Source: Octopus vulgaris
Lineage: Eukaryota
NCBI GenBank assembly: GCA_951406725.2
Contig: OX597815.1
Coordinates: 173,042,001 to 173,106,000, forward strand
Direction: 5' to 3'
DNA length: 64,000 nucleotides
How positions within the stretch are numbered: the first letter of the stretch is position 1; every line of letters begins with the position of its first letter. The notes under the pieces are model-generated. The model saw nothing but the letters and a program-made list of their open reading frames with translations. It did no database searches and had not been told where the DNA came from. The position numbers and the translations under genes were made by a program. This document shows, in pieces, positions 47,721 to 60,420 of the stretch.

Positions 47721-50361
47721 GTAAGGTTTCTTCTTATTCTGTTAACGGAATTGGGGTTTCTCCATCAGGTCTTTTCTTTCCATGTTCTGGTAATTTGGTT
47801 CTAACGCCTTTCAACGAAGGGATTAGTCATGGGCGTTTTAAACATCAGAAAGGGGGTTTTAATTTCATTTTCTTGATTTTAAAGTGATTTCCTTGACATT
47901 TTGGAAATAAAATATAATGAATAGCACAGTATAAAATCATTTACTGACGTCCTTTTCCTAAAATATACATCGTTGCTGCTACAATCCTACAATGGCTTTT
48001 TCCAAATTCTAATGGCCATTATTTTTATTTTAAATCGATTTAAAAAGGTAATATACATAGAACTGTGGACCAAAAATCTAATATTAGCTCTAATTTATTA
48101 AAGCTCCATCACCATGTGAGGAAATATCGAAGTATACCTACTAAATTTTTGTTTTCGAAATAATTTCGATATTCCCTCGACATTCTTCCCATTCAGTGAA
48201 CTCACAGAATGGCTGGCTTGGTTGACGTGCATTATTTTTATCTGTTATTAATAAGATTTTACAGCCTCTCTCTTTAAAACTTCCAAATACCGAAATTAAT
48301 TTCAATATATAGCTAAAATGTTTTAAACCTTTTTTTTTTTTAACCATTTATTGTAAATTCTTTAGGTGGACTCATATTTAACGAGGCCCATATCATCCAT
48401 CCCACTCAATCCGCAAAAATGGAGAGATGCTTCTGTCAACTAATGCTCAACTATATCAAAATTAAATATTAGAATGACGATAAAAAAACACATTTCTTTT
48501 GATAGTTAAAAAGAAAAACAGTTTCAACTAAAGAATTGATGCAATATCTTGGATTTTTTTAAACATAAATACAGAACAAAATTACTTCATTTATATAAGT
48601 AAAAATTTTTTAGTGAAATTTGTTTAAATAACAAAAATTTTTTGGGTTAAATTTGTTTAAAAAGCAAAAAATTTTGAGTTAAATTTGTTTAATTAGCAAA
48701 AATTCTTCAAACGTCAATTTTTAGAACAAAGCAAAAATAGGAAGGGATTTTAAAAAAGATGAAGTGTAACTTTACTGTTTTATATAACACTCAATCGTGA
48801 CCCCTTCAGTGGTTGATATTTTTATTTAAAAAAAAAAAATTAGTAAATTATTTCAGTTATGAAATGAATCCAGTTTTTAAAGAGTCAAATTTAAAAGATA
48901 ATTGAATCAGAACTCGCTATTATGAAGAGGGTTGTGGAATGTATTTAATGATGGAAGTTGGATTGAAAGAGCTAAATAGTACATAAATTAATTTTTCAAT
49001 GAAGGTCTTTACAGAATGCTTTTTCTTTATGGATTCGACTTTATAAAACTTCATTTTCGTTGATAAATTTTTTACAATTACACCCGTAATTTTCCCATCT
49101 TTCTGATCATCAGAAGCGTCGGAAATTATTCGTTCTTTTAGGTAAACCACCCCTCAAAATGAGACGAGTGTAATAAAAATTTACCGGGAAGTTACCCCTT
49201 ATCAGACTAGCATCTGAACCTGTGTCTCACATAGATATAAACACTATAGAACTATAGAAAACATTTAAACGGTATGGATTTACAATTGTACTCGTTTGGT
49301 TTTGAAAGTGAAATTTATACCCGTCGTATTTTGGGTAAATGTATGCTTTTGATGTATTTTGAGCGACTGATCATCAAAATAGTCGGAAATCACTCATTAT
49401 TTATGTAAACCACACCTTCAAAATGAGACTGGTGTAATGGTAAAAATTTACCTTTTCGTTTTCTCGTATCGTAAATAAGACTTTTTTTTAATTTGATTAC
49501 AAACATGACGGTTTATTTCTTAACCTCAGCCCATCATAAATATGCCTTAAAATTACCAGCTCCCTTGAAGTGGAATATGATGCCGTTTACCACATGTGAG
49601 CTTGTTTTCATTTAGCTCTGCATTTCTGCTTATCACTACAAATTAACTTGTAATTATTTGTAAGATCCAAAATCAATTGCATATATACTACATCCTTATC
49701 TTCATTTTCGATTCTTATTTCAAATGAGTGGATTTTAGATCAATTTCCTCTAATTTTTCCTCTGTCCAAATTAAAAAAAAAAAAATACGAGTATCCACTT
49801 ATCACGTTATAGTTGATATTAATTCTACAAAATTGTCTCTCCACTCCATCATTATTTTCAGCATGCATCTCACAAGACAGCGTCTAATTCTCAGTAATTA
49901 ACTAAATAACAGATTTACAGTTTGTACCGAAAAAAAAAGTAAAACGTATTTGTTTTGTAAATAAGTGTAAGTTTTGTAAGTGTTTATCTCTGCCATAAAA
50001 ACATTGCATGTAGTCACTACACTTCGCAAGGTTCATAGCAAATATAAACTGCTTTAGATTTTTTTTCCCTAACATCCTTAGACATTCAGTTTCTTTAACT
50101 GATACTCGAAACGTTTGTTTTGTTATTAATATCACTAACACTTTTGCAAACCCGAGCCGTCCTTTCTTTGCTAATTCTGATACACAATTTCGCTTCTTTC
50201 GAGCTAATTTTATCTTGAGTCTCATCTGTATTAATGTATAAATCATGTTTAATGAACTCCCTTCAATGCATTGGCTTTTCATTTGTAGACTGGACTTTTG
50301 CATTTCTCACTGCTAAGTTGTTGGTTTTCTTCTTACGTCTTTGTCATATTGAAGTTATTTT

Positions 50362-50890
50362 AGCGGCGAAATTCCGGTTTAAGCACCCCATATAACCCCT
50401 CATAACTTTTTTATTTTTTGGAATTTTCAGAAAGTCTTAGTGAATTTTTGTTCTGCACACAAGAATACATTCATACGATTATGGAAAGATAAAAATTCCT
50501 TTTTAAATTTTACAAACCCCTTCCTTTTTAAATCCTAAAGGTCCCACTTTTTGAATTTTAAAAAAAATATGAATAGTCCGAATTTTTTGCTTAAATCCCG
50601 GCAATATAGCATCTTTAGGTGCATCAGCATTCCATTAAATGTGTTCATATGGAGAAAAATATTGAAAAACATACGTGTCAGAGTGACAAAGACACGAGGT
50701 CAGTATCAGGTGGTTGTGATATGTGCTAAAAATAACAGCTAAATTGCCCTTAAATCATACTCCAAAAAAATATTTTTGCATAATCGTATGAATTCTCATT
50801 TGTAGAACACAAATTTGCAGAAATTTTATGAAAATCTCCCACACCACCACATAAGGTTGTATGAGGTGTTTAAACTAGAATTCTGTCATT
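50362..50890. mobile_element. MITE-like element with imperfect ~35-bp TIRs
   Basis: aattccggtttaagcaccccatataacc is matched by the inverse ggttgtatgaggtgtttaaactagaatt. Confidence 0.6.
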
Positions 50891-51243
50891 CTAGCTATTT
50901 ATTTGTATTATGCATAATATAAAGTGACTGCTAAAACTAATAAATTGATGATGTTGGTTGGTTATAAATGTTCATTAAAAATCTTATACAAATGGTAATG
51001 ATTAAAAATTGGAGAGCAGTAATCCCAATAAAAGAAAATCAAGTTAACTTCATAGAATATGCTTAACATTTAATTGGCATAAATAAGTTTTAATTTCATC
51101 AATTTGAATTTTCATCTTTATACCAGGTCTTAAACAATTTATGAAATCCTACTTCATAAAGAACTTCAAGAATTAATTACTTCATATGACCATTCAAATC
51201 ATAGTAGCATTAATGATATAAATTTAAAGGTAAGATAACTTAC

Positions 51244-51360
51244 CAGAGTGAATGGCAATTGGATTTTATGAACATTAGCTTCATAATACTCATAGTCAGC
51301 CCATTTTGCTAGCTCTTCATGGTAGTTTACTGCCATATGTGTGTGGTGTTGTACTAACTC
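51244..51360 (-). CDS. ACTR5: ACTR5 exon (ELVQHHTHMAVNYHEELAKWADYEYYEANVHKIQLPFTL)
   Basis: GT-AG, phases 0->0; NVHK.QLPF motif. Confidence 0.95.
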
Positions 51361-51642
51361 CTGTAGTAAGGGAAAATTTGGTTAATTACACTCTACTACA
51401 CATGTAGAAATCATTAAAAAAAAATCAGCTCAAGACTGAAATTTATTTTAAGAGGTTAATATAGAAGCAAACCAAGTATCAATTGCATAACAAAGACATT
51501 GTACATTTACAGTAACAAAAACTTGTCACTGCTTATAATTTTCTTTTCTTTTTCTTTGTCTCTTTGAAATTTCAAGTTCTGAAAGGATTTGAATATCAGA
51601 AAGGAACCTAAACTCAGCAAGTTTGGAAACTGAACCGGAAAA

Positions 51643-51865
51643 ATGTCAAAAGGTTATGATACATCAAAAGCATATGATGCAACAAAACAATATGTCACTA
51701 AATCACAAGACTGGTCAGTAGGTTCCGGTATGGTGTTGCAGCCAGCACAGGGGGTAGCAGTCACTCTTCCAGGAATCATGTATGGTAGCGGTTCTCAACA
51801 AGGTATCAGTGTAAATACTGGTTACCCTTATGGTCAGCAAAGCATGTTTGTTAATCAGACACCAG
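51643..51865 (+). CDS. Nested unrecognised gene, coding exon 1 (MSKGYDTSKAYDATKQYVTK...QTPG)
   Basis: Long pyrimidine tract and acceptor at 51575-51576, aaaATG, donor CCAG|gtatgt (phase 1); higher GC than the flanks. Confidence 0.8.
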
Positions 51866-53657
51866 GTATGTTTAAGTTTCTAAATTTTGAAATACTTTCT
51901 TAGTGAAGCCATTGTGAAAACATTTTGACCAAATCCAATAGCTTTTAATGGTTTATAAAGTTTTTTTTTTTTTTGACCAATTTTCAGAGATTTATTGAAG
52001 AAGAAAAAAAATTAAGCTATTAAATATTTGATTAACAATATTCTCAGTTTTGACTGCATTTTTTCAATATTAATTATATGAAAACATTTGTTTTCAACAT
52101 TAGAATGCATTAGATTACATAAAAAAAAAAAAATTAGCCAGTTTATCTTGTGATAAATATTTTTAATTTTAAATTTATTTAACTTTATTTCAAGTAAGTC
52201 TATAAATATATTGATGTTTGTCAGAAATTATTTCTGAAAAATATGAGTAAATCCTCCAATTATATTTTTTACATCATTAAAATCTCAAATATACTTGTGA
52301 TAAAATTCCTTCTTCACTATGTTAAAAAAATTTTTTTCTTTTTTAGTGTTAGCTTAATTTTTAAAAAATGTAAATAACCAATTATTTTTTGGAAATTCAT
52401 AGAAATAGAATCATGGTAAACTGAACAATGGAAATTTGGCTTCTGTAGGATTTTCATGTTAAAGTATTAGAAAACTAAATTGTAATTCAATTACATTTTT
52501 TCTTTTTTTGAGATAAGAATTTTGATGCTGTTATAAGCTTAGATAATTAAAGGTTTTCATTATGTTATAATTAGTTAATCAGGAACCATAGTAAAATAAG
52601 AAATATGTAACTAATTCAGATGCTTGAATGATTTTAATGAATTACACAATTTTTTTCATAGCTTTGAATAAAAGTATTTTTAAAATATTACTCTAAAAGT
52701 TGCCCTAGGACTTTATATGAAATAAAGATACTTTTTCATTAAAAAAAAACATCCAAAAGTGAGATTAAAGAAGTAAACTTATAAAAAAATGCTAGTAAAA
52801 CCTCTCAAAAAGAGGTGAGCTTCTCCAAGTAGCAATGTTTTCTTTCATTGTTTATCATGGATGTTGTTTTGCAGTGTATATTGTGCTTTATCACTTTCCA
52901 CACAGATGAGATATCGCACACACATAACAGATAAGTATCTTTCTTTTTTTTTTTTACGTTTTGCTTGTTTTCTGCGTTTTTATACTTTTCCATAGAAAAG
53001 CATAAAATTGCAAAATATAAAACTAATACACAACTTATACAAAAATATATAAACTTATACAAATGCACATGGTTCACAAAAATGATATTCACTGAATTAA
53101 CAATCATACATAAGAAATAAAGTAGACTATATTTGCAAAAGCAAAATCAATCAGAAGGGCACAATATGTGTATATACTTGACAAAATTTCCAGAGATATC
53201 ACCTCTTGTGTTGTGTTAGTGTTTATATTTCAGGTGTATTTACAACTTACATCAGAAGAAATTTATATATTGGTGACAACAGATTAAAGTTGTAAATCAT
53301 CTGAATATGTAGGTTAAATTTGTACCACACCTATTGGATGTGAATCCGGAATTTTAAAAAAATATTTTTTTAATTCATCATGCATATACAGTTTATGTAC
53401 ACTATAGACATTAATTATATTTCATGAATGATTGTTTAGTTGTGTAATAAATACTTCAGTTTTTTCTTGTTACACTTTCAATTATAATTTGAGAAAATAT
53501 TTGGCTCTAATTTTCTTCTGGATATCCTCTATTCAGGCAAAATTTTCTTGTATTTAGAAAATATTAGGTAGAGTACTATGTAGATATTTACAAACTCTGC
53601 TCCACTTTTTTTTATTCATAGACAAATGTACACAAATTTATTTATTTCTTATTCTAG

Positions 53658-54034
53658 GTATGATGTCTGTTGGACTTCAGAATTCTACCTATCCAAACCT
53701 CATGCAGATGAGTTCTGCACCGTTGCCCCAGTATCAGATGTATGGAGCTGCTGCAGTACAACAGATGCAAGCAATGAATATGTCAGGAGCAAACTATAGC
53801 CAATTGCCCTACTCACAGCAACACAAATACTTAGACAAAGACCTAAAGTATTCAGATGTCTATATGATGTCAGCAGCAAATGCTTCTAACATGCCAATGG
53901 TTGGAAACCCAATGACATGCATGCAAGTGAAGAACAACCCCAGTGCTCCAATGTACACCTACAACAGCCAGGGTATGCCTGTTGCTTATTCATCAGCCAG
54001 TAAGAGTAGCAACTTGTCAGGTACTCGTAAGTAA
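53658..54034 (+). CDS. Nested unrecognised gene, coding exon 2 (Met/Gln/Tyr/Ser-rich); total 199 aa
   Basis: Acceptor ttattctag, phase 1 compatible; 124 open codons of the same biased composition. The 3' end could instead splice at gtaagt (54027). Confidence 0.8.
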
Positions 54035-55981
54035 AGGCATATTGAGATGGAGATAAACTCTGCCTATAATTCAGTCTCATTGGAAAATTTACAAATCCAA
54101 TTCATATTTCTTTAACGTCTGTAATGGGTTTTCCGTGACTTAATTTTTTATACTAAAGTGTTGATTAATTTCATTGTCTTTGTAGTATATTTCCATTTTA
54201 AGTAGATTTCAACCCAGACATATTTGTCTTATTAAAAGAAAACAAAAATGTACAGTATCTGTATTAACATAGTTAATTAAATATTGTTTTTAAAATTCTT
54301 TGCCATTTCTTTTCTTTTTTAGTGCATATGTGTATGTATCTACTACATTATTTAGAGCTAAATCTTCATTCTATTAGATGATTGAACAGTATCTTTCACA
54401 CTAATAAATATAGTATTTTTTAATGACAATACGATGTATTCACTAACAAACATAGCATTTTTTTAATGAATGCGAGCCAATGACACCTCCAGCCTGATCT
54501 AAAATTTCACCTAGAACAAGCTTATAGCACTTGTTCTCCCAGAAATTTCTTCAAGTATCTTGTCAAGATGGCAGCCACCGTGACCTTTGAAGGTTCTCCC
54601 AGATTGATGGGTGGCTCTAAGCAGATGGCCAAATTATTCTAGAGTGCTGCAGTTCTGGAAGCAATGATTTGTGTGAAAATCTGGGGGGAATGACAACAAA
54701 CAGAAGATAAGTGAGCTGAATCAAGAGAATATGCTAGTTCAGAAAAGAGACAATGGCTATCTCTGGATCAGAAGTCATTATGTTGGAACTTTCGTCAGTT
54801 TGTTTTTAATACAGTACTAGATATTTGAATATGCAGCAGTAGTCATGAGCTTTGTTATAAGTTAGCAATTGCTCTGAAAAAGAAAGCTAGTTTTCAAATG
54901 GAGTTTTAGTAATGCTTTGGATGTGAAGTCAGATTTTATGTCTTTGTCTTTGTGGTAGCTTCTGAGGGTTTTAGTTATTTTATTCATACATATGTAGAGC
55001 TTGGTACTAGACTTCCTTTGATATTTGTATGGAAAAATTCTTGCTCTAGCAAAAAGATGAAGTTCATGTCTGGATTTTAGAATACTAGCATGAAGTGTCA
55101 AGATTGCATGTAATAGATTGAAGTGTAATTGATACTATTTGAATTAAATTGTTCAATTAGAAATAACTAGCCAGTCAATGTACTGAAGGAAGCATGTAGG
55201 TGACAACTAAACCAAGTACATTAAAGAGAGCCTACATGGCAAAACAACATTGGTAATGGCAGGCAATGACTTCACTTTGCCAGAATTCTTAAAGATATGA
55301 ACTATAGAAATCTCAAATCTGACTATGGAAACTGGATCAAAAAAGAGAGATAGGAGATTAAAAAGATTACCACAACCATCTCCATTTGAGATGTTGCAAT
55401 TCATGGCAAGACACCTGTATACTCAGTGATGTTACACTACTTGGAAATAGGACACACCAGATCTTTGTAAAGAAAGGAAGATCAAAGAGTTTGGCAAAAA
55501 TAAAAGAAGGTTTTTGAATGCAATGCTTAAAGGTGTGTAAGTAATGGAAAAAATGATTTCCCTCAGTAACTGTGTATCTTGTGGTGAATCTGGGAAGCAT
55601 ACAGTGTACTTTGTCAAACTTGACTAATACCAAGAATTTTTTTTATTTGCTCCCTTGCAATCTGCTAATGATTTAATTGAAGATCCATTAGCTCATTTCT
55701 TTACACTTGCTGTGAGTCTGTCTTTATTATGTTTCATTACTGATACATCTTAGACATATGATACAATGCTAGTATATCAATATAGTCCTTAATCCCAGCT
55801 TTCTGGCCAATAAGCCAAAAATCTTTCAGTTGATTAATATGGAAGGCAATAAGAGCTGGTAGGAAAAAGAAAAAAACTGAATCCAGCATACATTAAGAAA
55901 AAATATAAACTGCTTTAACAATATGTTCAGTTTGCAAAGAAAAATGTAAATTCTGATAAAATTTTCAAGAATTATACTTAC

Positions 55982-56175
55982 TTCAGCACGGCTAAGAGTT
56001 ATTGCAGCCAAATGATTGGGATATTTTAACTGAAGAAGTCTGTGTAGGAATGAATCAAGATGTAAACCACCTAAATTTAGACGGCGACAATTCTCAGCAA
56101 CAATTTGACCATTTATAAAGGGAATGACATGAGTTGTTTGATAACCACAGTCAACTATTAAAGCATTTGCTGATT
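55982..56175 (-). CDS. ACTR5: ACTR5 exon ([19 protein letters not shown]...RRLNLGG...LLQLKYPNH...ITLSRAE)
   Basis: GT-AG, phases 1->0; LLQLKYP and ITLSRAE motifs. Confidence 0.95.
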
Positions 56176-57038
56176 CTGATAATAAAAGAAAAAGAAAACT
56201 CTTGCTAATGTATAGAGTACATTTTAAAATTTAACATCTGTATGGAAAATTATCAATACAAAGATTGTCGTTAAGCCCCAGATAGACAGACATTATCAAA
56301 TTTAACAGTTCTGACCATTCTATATTTGTCTCAGATCAGATTGTGTTTTTCCTTTAAGAAAGTAAAATGTGCCAAAGGACATTTGGCTGGTATGGACTGA
56401 TACAATTAATAATATAAAACATATCTAGGGATTTATTAACTAAAAAAAACAGCTTTGTCTGTGTCAAGTGAAAAATGTAAAATTGGGCTTGCATAATGTA
56501 AAGAGAAGATGAGTAAAGGAAGGAATTACATTATCTAAAAAAGTGATTTCATTTAACATGTAGACGATAAAAGCTGTTATAATGCTGTTCAATGTCTGGG
56601 GCAATAGAAGGAAAATAACAGGAGTTAACATGAGAAAGATTATCAACAATTTGCAAACTTTTATAACTTTCTAATATTTTATTTTTTTTGTTTGTCAACA
56701 TGTGCATCATTCATGTTTCCTTTTTTTAAGGAATTATTCCCATCACTAGAGATCCTTCTGTCACCAGAGACAAGTATCTGTAGTTGAGGCTATCAGCTCA
56801 GCAAAAATAGAACTAAAATTCATAAATAGAAAGATTTCACAAATTAGATCCACCCTAAGCTATTCAATGCAGGATACACCTATTTTAAAAACAATTTTCC
56901 AAATTTCCTATTTTCATTTGAGAGATGGATACAAACGAACACGTCTGTCTTTTTTTCTAATTTACCTGATGAAGAAAAATTGTAACAAAGAAAGTCAATG
57001 ACATATTTGAAAGGATTTTAAATGAATTATGAGAATAC

Positions 57039-57134
57039 CTGGTTTTGGATGATTTTTGTACAAACTGAATAATGCATCATTGCCATAAGCAACTTTAGGG
57101 ACATGGTAACATTCAAACAACAACTCAGACATTT
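57039..57134 (-). CDS. ACTR5: ACTR5 exon ([25 protein letters not shown]...)
   Basis: GT-AG, phases 1->1; MSELLFECY motif. Confidence 0.95.
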
Positions 57135-57284
57135 CTGGAATGAAAACAAAAATATCATTACAAATTTGTTATAAACAAGAAACCAACAGTTTGCTCTCCA
57201 ATACAAACACCCTTTATGATAGTTTAGCTAGCTAAAAATGCACAAAGAAATTCAAAGACCCAGCACAACTGATGCTATGCTTCA

Positions 57285-57525
57285 ATCATCATCATTTAAC
57301 GTCCGTTTTCCATGCTGACATGTGTTGGACGGTTTGAGTGAAGTCTGTAGAGCCAGCAGCTGCACCAGGTTCCAATCTGATCTTCCGATGTTTCTACAGC
57401 TGGATACCCTTCCTAATGCCAACCACTCCGAGAGTGTAGTGCATGCTTTTTACATGCCACCAGCACAGGGGCTAGTCAGGTGGGCCTGGCATCGATCATG
57501 TTTGAATAGTGCTTTTTTACATGCC
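57285..57525 (-). mobile_element. RTE 3' terminal module (truncated copy)
   Basis: Reverse complement of the terminal module, with (cat)n on the plus strand. Confidence 0.85.
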
Positions 57526-57889
57526 AGTTTTTTTTGCCAAGAGGTTTATAATGAATGAACTGCAACTCTTTTGGATTCATTAGAATAAGTTTTATGGGTG
57601 TTGACTTGTGTTAATATGTTAAAAGTTATTTATGTTAGTGAACTATTGTTATGATGTATGTGTAGAAACACATGCAGTAACCCAGAAAAACTTAATTTTT
57701 CAACTTTTTGCAACTATTTACTTAAGTTCTGTGCAAAACCTGTCTCTTTTCCTCTGTCACTCTAAGCTTTAGCAATTAGAATTAATATTACTGAATAATA
57801 GGCTGCCTTCATAGCTTTTCCTCTAAATAAAATACAATTTTTAAAAAACATAATTTAAATTGGTAATATGAAAAAAAAAGCCGATGATA

Positions 57890-58006
57890 ACTTCTGCCTA
57901 CCAAATTCAATCACAAGGCTATAGCAGAAGACACTTGCCCAATGTGCCAAGCAGTGGGACTGAACCTGAAACCATATGGCTAGGAAGCAAGCTTCCTAAC
58001 CACAGC
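57890..58006 (-). mobile_element. tRNA-derived SINE, family A
   Basis: Close match to the 18935 copy. Confidence 0.75.
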
Positions 58007-58044
58007 TATTAGAATAATAAATTGATTAATCAAATATTTCTTAC

Positions 58045-58156
58045 GTTGTCTGCAATAATTTGGATTACTCAGAGCTTCAGACATGACAATGGGATGATCC
58101 ACACAACTTTCAGTATCAATACCCAAATGGTTAAAAATATAGTCAAACACTTGCTC
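58045..58156 (-). CDS. ACTR5: ACTR5 exon (EQVFDYIFNHLGIDTESCVDHPIVMSEALSNPNYCRQ)
   Basis: GT-AG, phases 0->1. Confidence 0.95.
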
Positions 58157-59039
58157 CTGAAAAAGGAATAAAGAAAAGAAAATTACTTTAACCCTTACAC
58201 AACCAATCTGTCTGAGACACTTTTGTTTCTATGATGCAAGACTGTCTATTTTAAAATGTGCACATTTAAAATAAACCTTTCATCATAATGTTACATTTCA
58301 AGGCCAGTATGATATAAAATATAAAAGAACAAACAGAACTATGCTTTCATTTACTGAGGACAACATCTACATAGTTGCTCAACTTGCTAGAAAACAGCCA
58401 AGTTTCCCTGCTATACAACATGTCTTGAAGGCAAAAACACAGACATTTAATCCTAGACATACAAAAGACAAGATGATTCTGCTTTATCAGAGTAATCTTG
58501 TTACTATAAAGCAGTCATTGTAGACAACACTGAAATGTTGATTGATGATCTCCTTTGTGACTTATCAGACACAACAGAAATTTAGATAAATGTAGACATT
58601 ATAAAAGTAAAATTATTACAACTGCTTCTACTTCTGTCTTATCTCTATCAAATATTTCCTTTTTCTCCTTTACATAAAACAATCTATTTTTGTAATTTTT
58701 TTTATAGGAAGCTTTAAACTAATATTTGTAAAATGTTTGCTGAATTAGCTAATGACAATGAAACAAACTGCAGATGAATATATTTGTGAGGTAGCTGACT
58801 TTACTGTAGCTACTGGATCTTGTACAATGAAAAAACAAAAATAACCACTGTTTGAGAATGATGGTCATTTATCATTTAATAGTTTCAAAGATATGATTTA
58901 AAGAGGAACAAATGTTTCTCTTTGACATTATTCTTATGTATGTGTGTGTAACCATTAATTGGTTTTATTCTGACTCTTTGATTTGAAAGATGAAAAACAG
59001 GTTTTGTTCATTTTGTTTTTAGTTATCTTGAGTTTGGTT

Positions 59040-60080
59040 GAAGTCCATTCTCAACTGAAAGGAAGTAGCCACACTTGTAGGACAGTATTCTTCACTCTAT
59101 GAGATGTCATCTGGTGTACAGCAGGGATCTATTCTTGATTCCCTTTTATTTGTTACATACATCAATAACATAGATGCCAACTTAAAGAATGCCAGTGCTG
59201 AAATATGCAGATGACATCAAGCTATACCTTGAGATCAAAAAGATAGATCCTGAGCACTATAGATCTTTCCTGCAATTGGACCTAGACGTAATGGATCATG
59301 GTGTGGACAAATGTACCACCATGCATTTTGGGAGGAAAAACCCAGTTTCCACATACTCCCTCCACAACACTAATACCAAGAATTCTTCTTGTGAACATAA
59401 CCTGGACATTACTATCAGCAACAATTTGCACTGAACAAAGCACATCTCTAAAATTGTCAAGAAGGCCAAGGGTGTCTAGGCATCACTCAACAGAACCTTT
59501 GTCAGCCACTCTCTAGCTATCTATTTAAGGTTGTATATGACTATGGTGTGGCCACACTTGGAATTTGCATTACCAATCTGGAACCCCTATCTTGCTGAGA
59601 ACATTGACCTCCGGGAACTTTCCCAAGATATGCAACCAAGTGAATACCCTCCATCAGGCATCTACCATACTCTGAATGCCTTGCTTCCCTAGCATGGACA
59701 CATTGAAGCTCCAACATCTGGCAACTGACTTGGTAAACACCCACAAAATTATTAACCATTGTGCCAACAACAACCATGAGCATCTTTTTGAATTCCAAGT
59801 GTCTGACACACGTGGGCAAGCCTACAAAATCAGAAAACAGCACAGCTCCCATGACTTTCAGAAACATTTTTTCACATGCAGTGTTGCTGAAGCATGGAAC
59901 AAATTACCTTCATTAATTGTTAGCTGCCGAGATATTGCATCCTTTAAATCCTCCAGGCTTCTTGAAATTCACCAACACTACACATGATATCCCCTACCTC
60001 CATACGCATGTACATATCATGACTCATACACTGTTCACTTTCCTGACATTTTGCACCTGAGCACTGAACACAATAATGTT
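59040..60080 (+). mobile_element. CR1-like LINE 3' fragment (degenerate RT)
   Basis: SGVQQGSIL..LLFVTYINNI...LKYADDIKLY...VDKCTTMHFGRKNP...TRGQAYKI...FFTCSVAEAWNKLP. Confidence 0.88.
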
Positions 60081-60179
60081 ATTATTTACGTGTAAACATT
60101 TTACACAACTTTTGCCAGAGTCGTTTCCCTTTGTTATCAAATCATTTCACGTTAACTCTTTATTCAACAATATACTTTT

Positions 60180-60420
60180 TTAAATGGTTTTTTTCCTTTC
60201 TTGAGCAATGTTTAGCTTTGTGAACCCCATAACGTTTTTTTTAACATTTTGACTCAGCCTATACACCACTTGACAAACGCCCATTGCCTTCACATCCTCC
60301 TCTATTATCTTTAGCCAAGTCTTTCTCAGTTTCCCCCTTCCTCTGCTTCCTTCTACTTTCATTTCCTTCACTCCTCTTAACCAGTTATCATCATCCTTTA
60401 TGCAAACCATTTATTCATCA
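60180..60420 (-). mobile_element. RTE LINE 3' fragment
   Basis: VEGSRGRGKLRKTWLKIIEEDVKAMG. Confidence 0.7.

Noticed and set aside
49902-50303. 133-aa minus ORF, possibly a decayed piggyBac-like C-terminus
   Set aside because: Cys spacing not recoverable; no TIR or TTAA support found.
51643-54034. Reflectin
   Set aside because: Lacks the MD-x5-MD-x5-MD repeats and the Arg/Trp/Asp richness of reflectins.
54600-55740. Decayed gag/ORF1-like sequence (CVSCGESGKH at ~55571)
   Set aside because: Incomplete knuckle and many stops; too degenerate to call.
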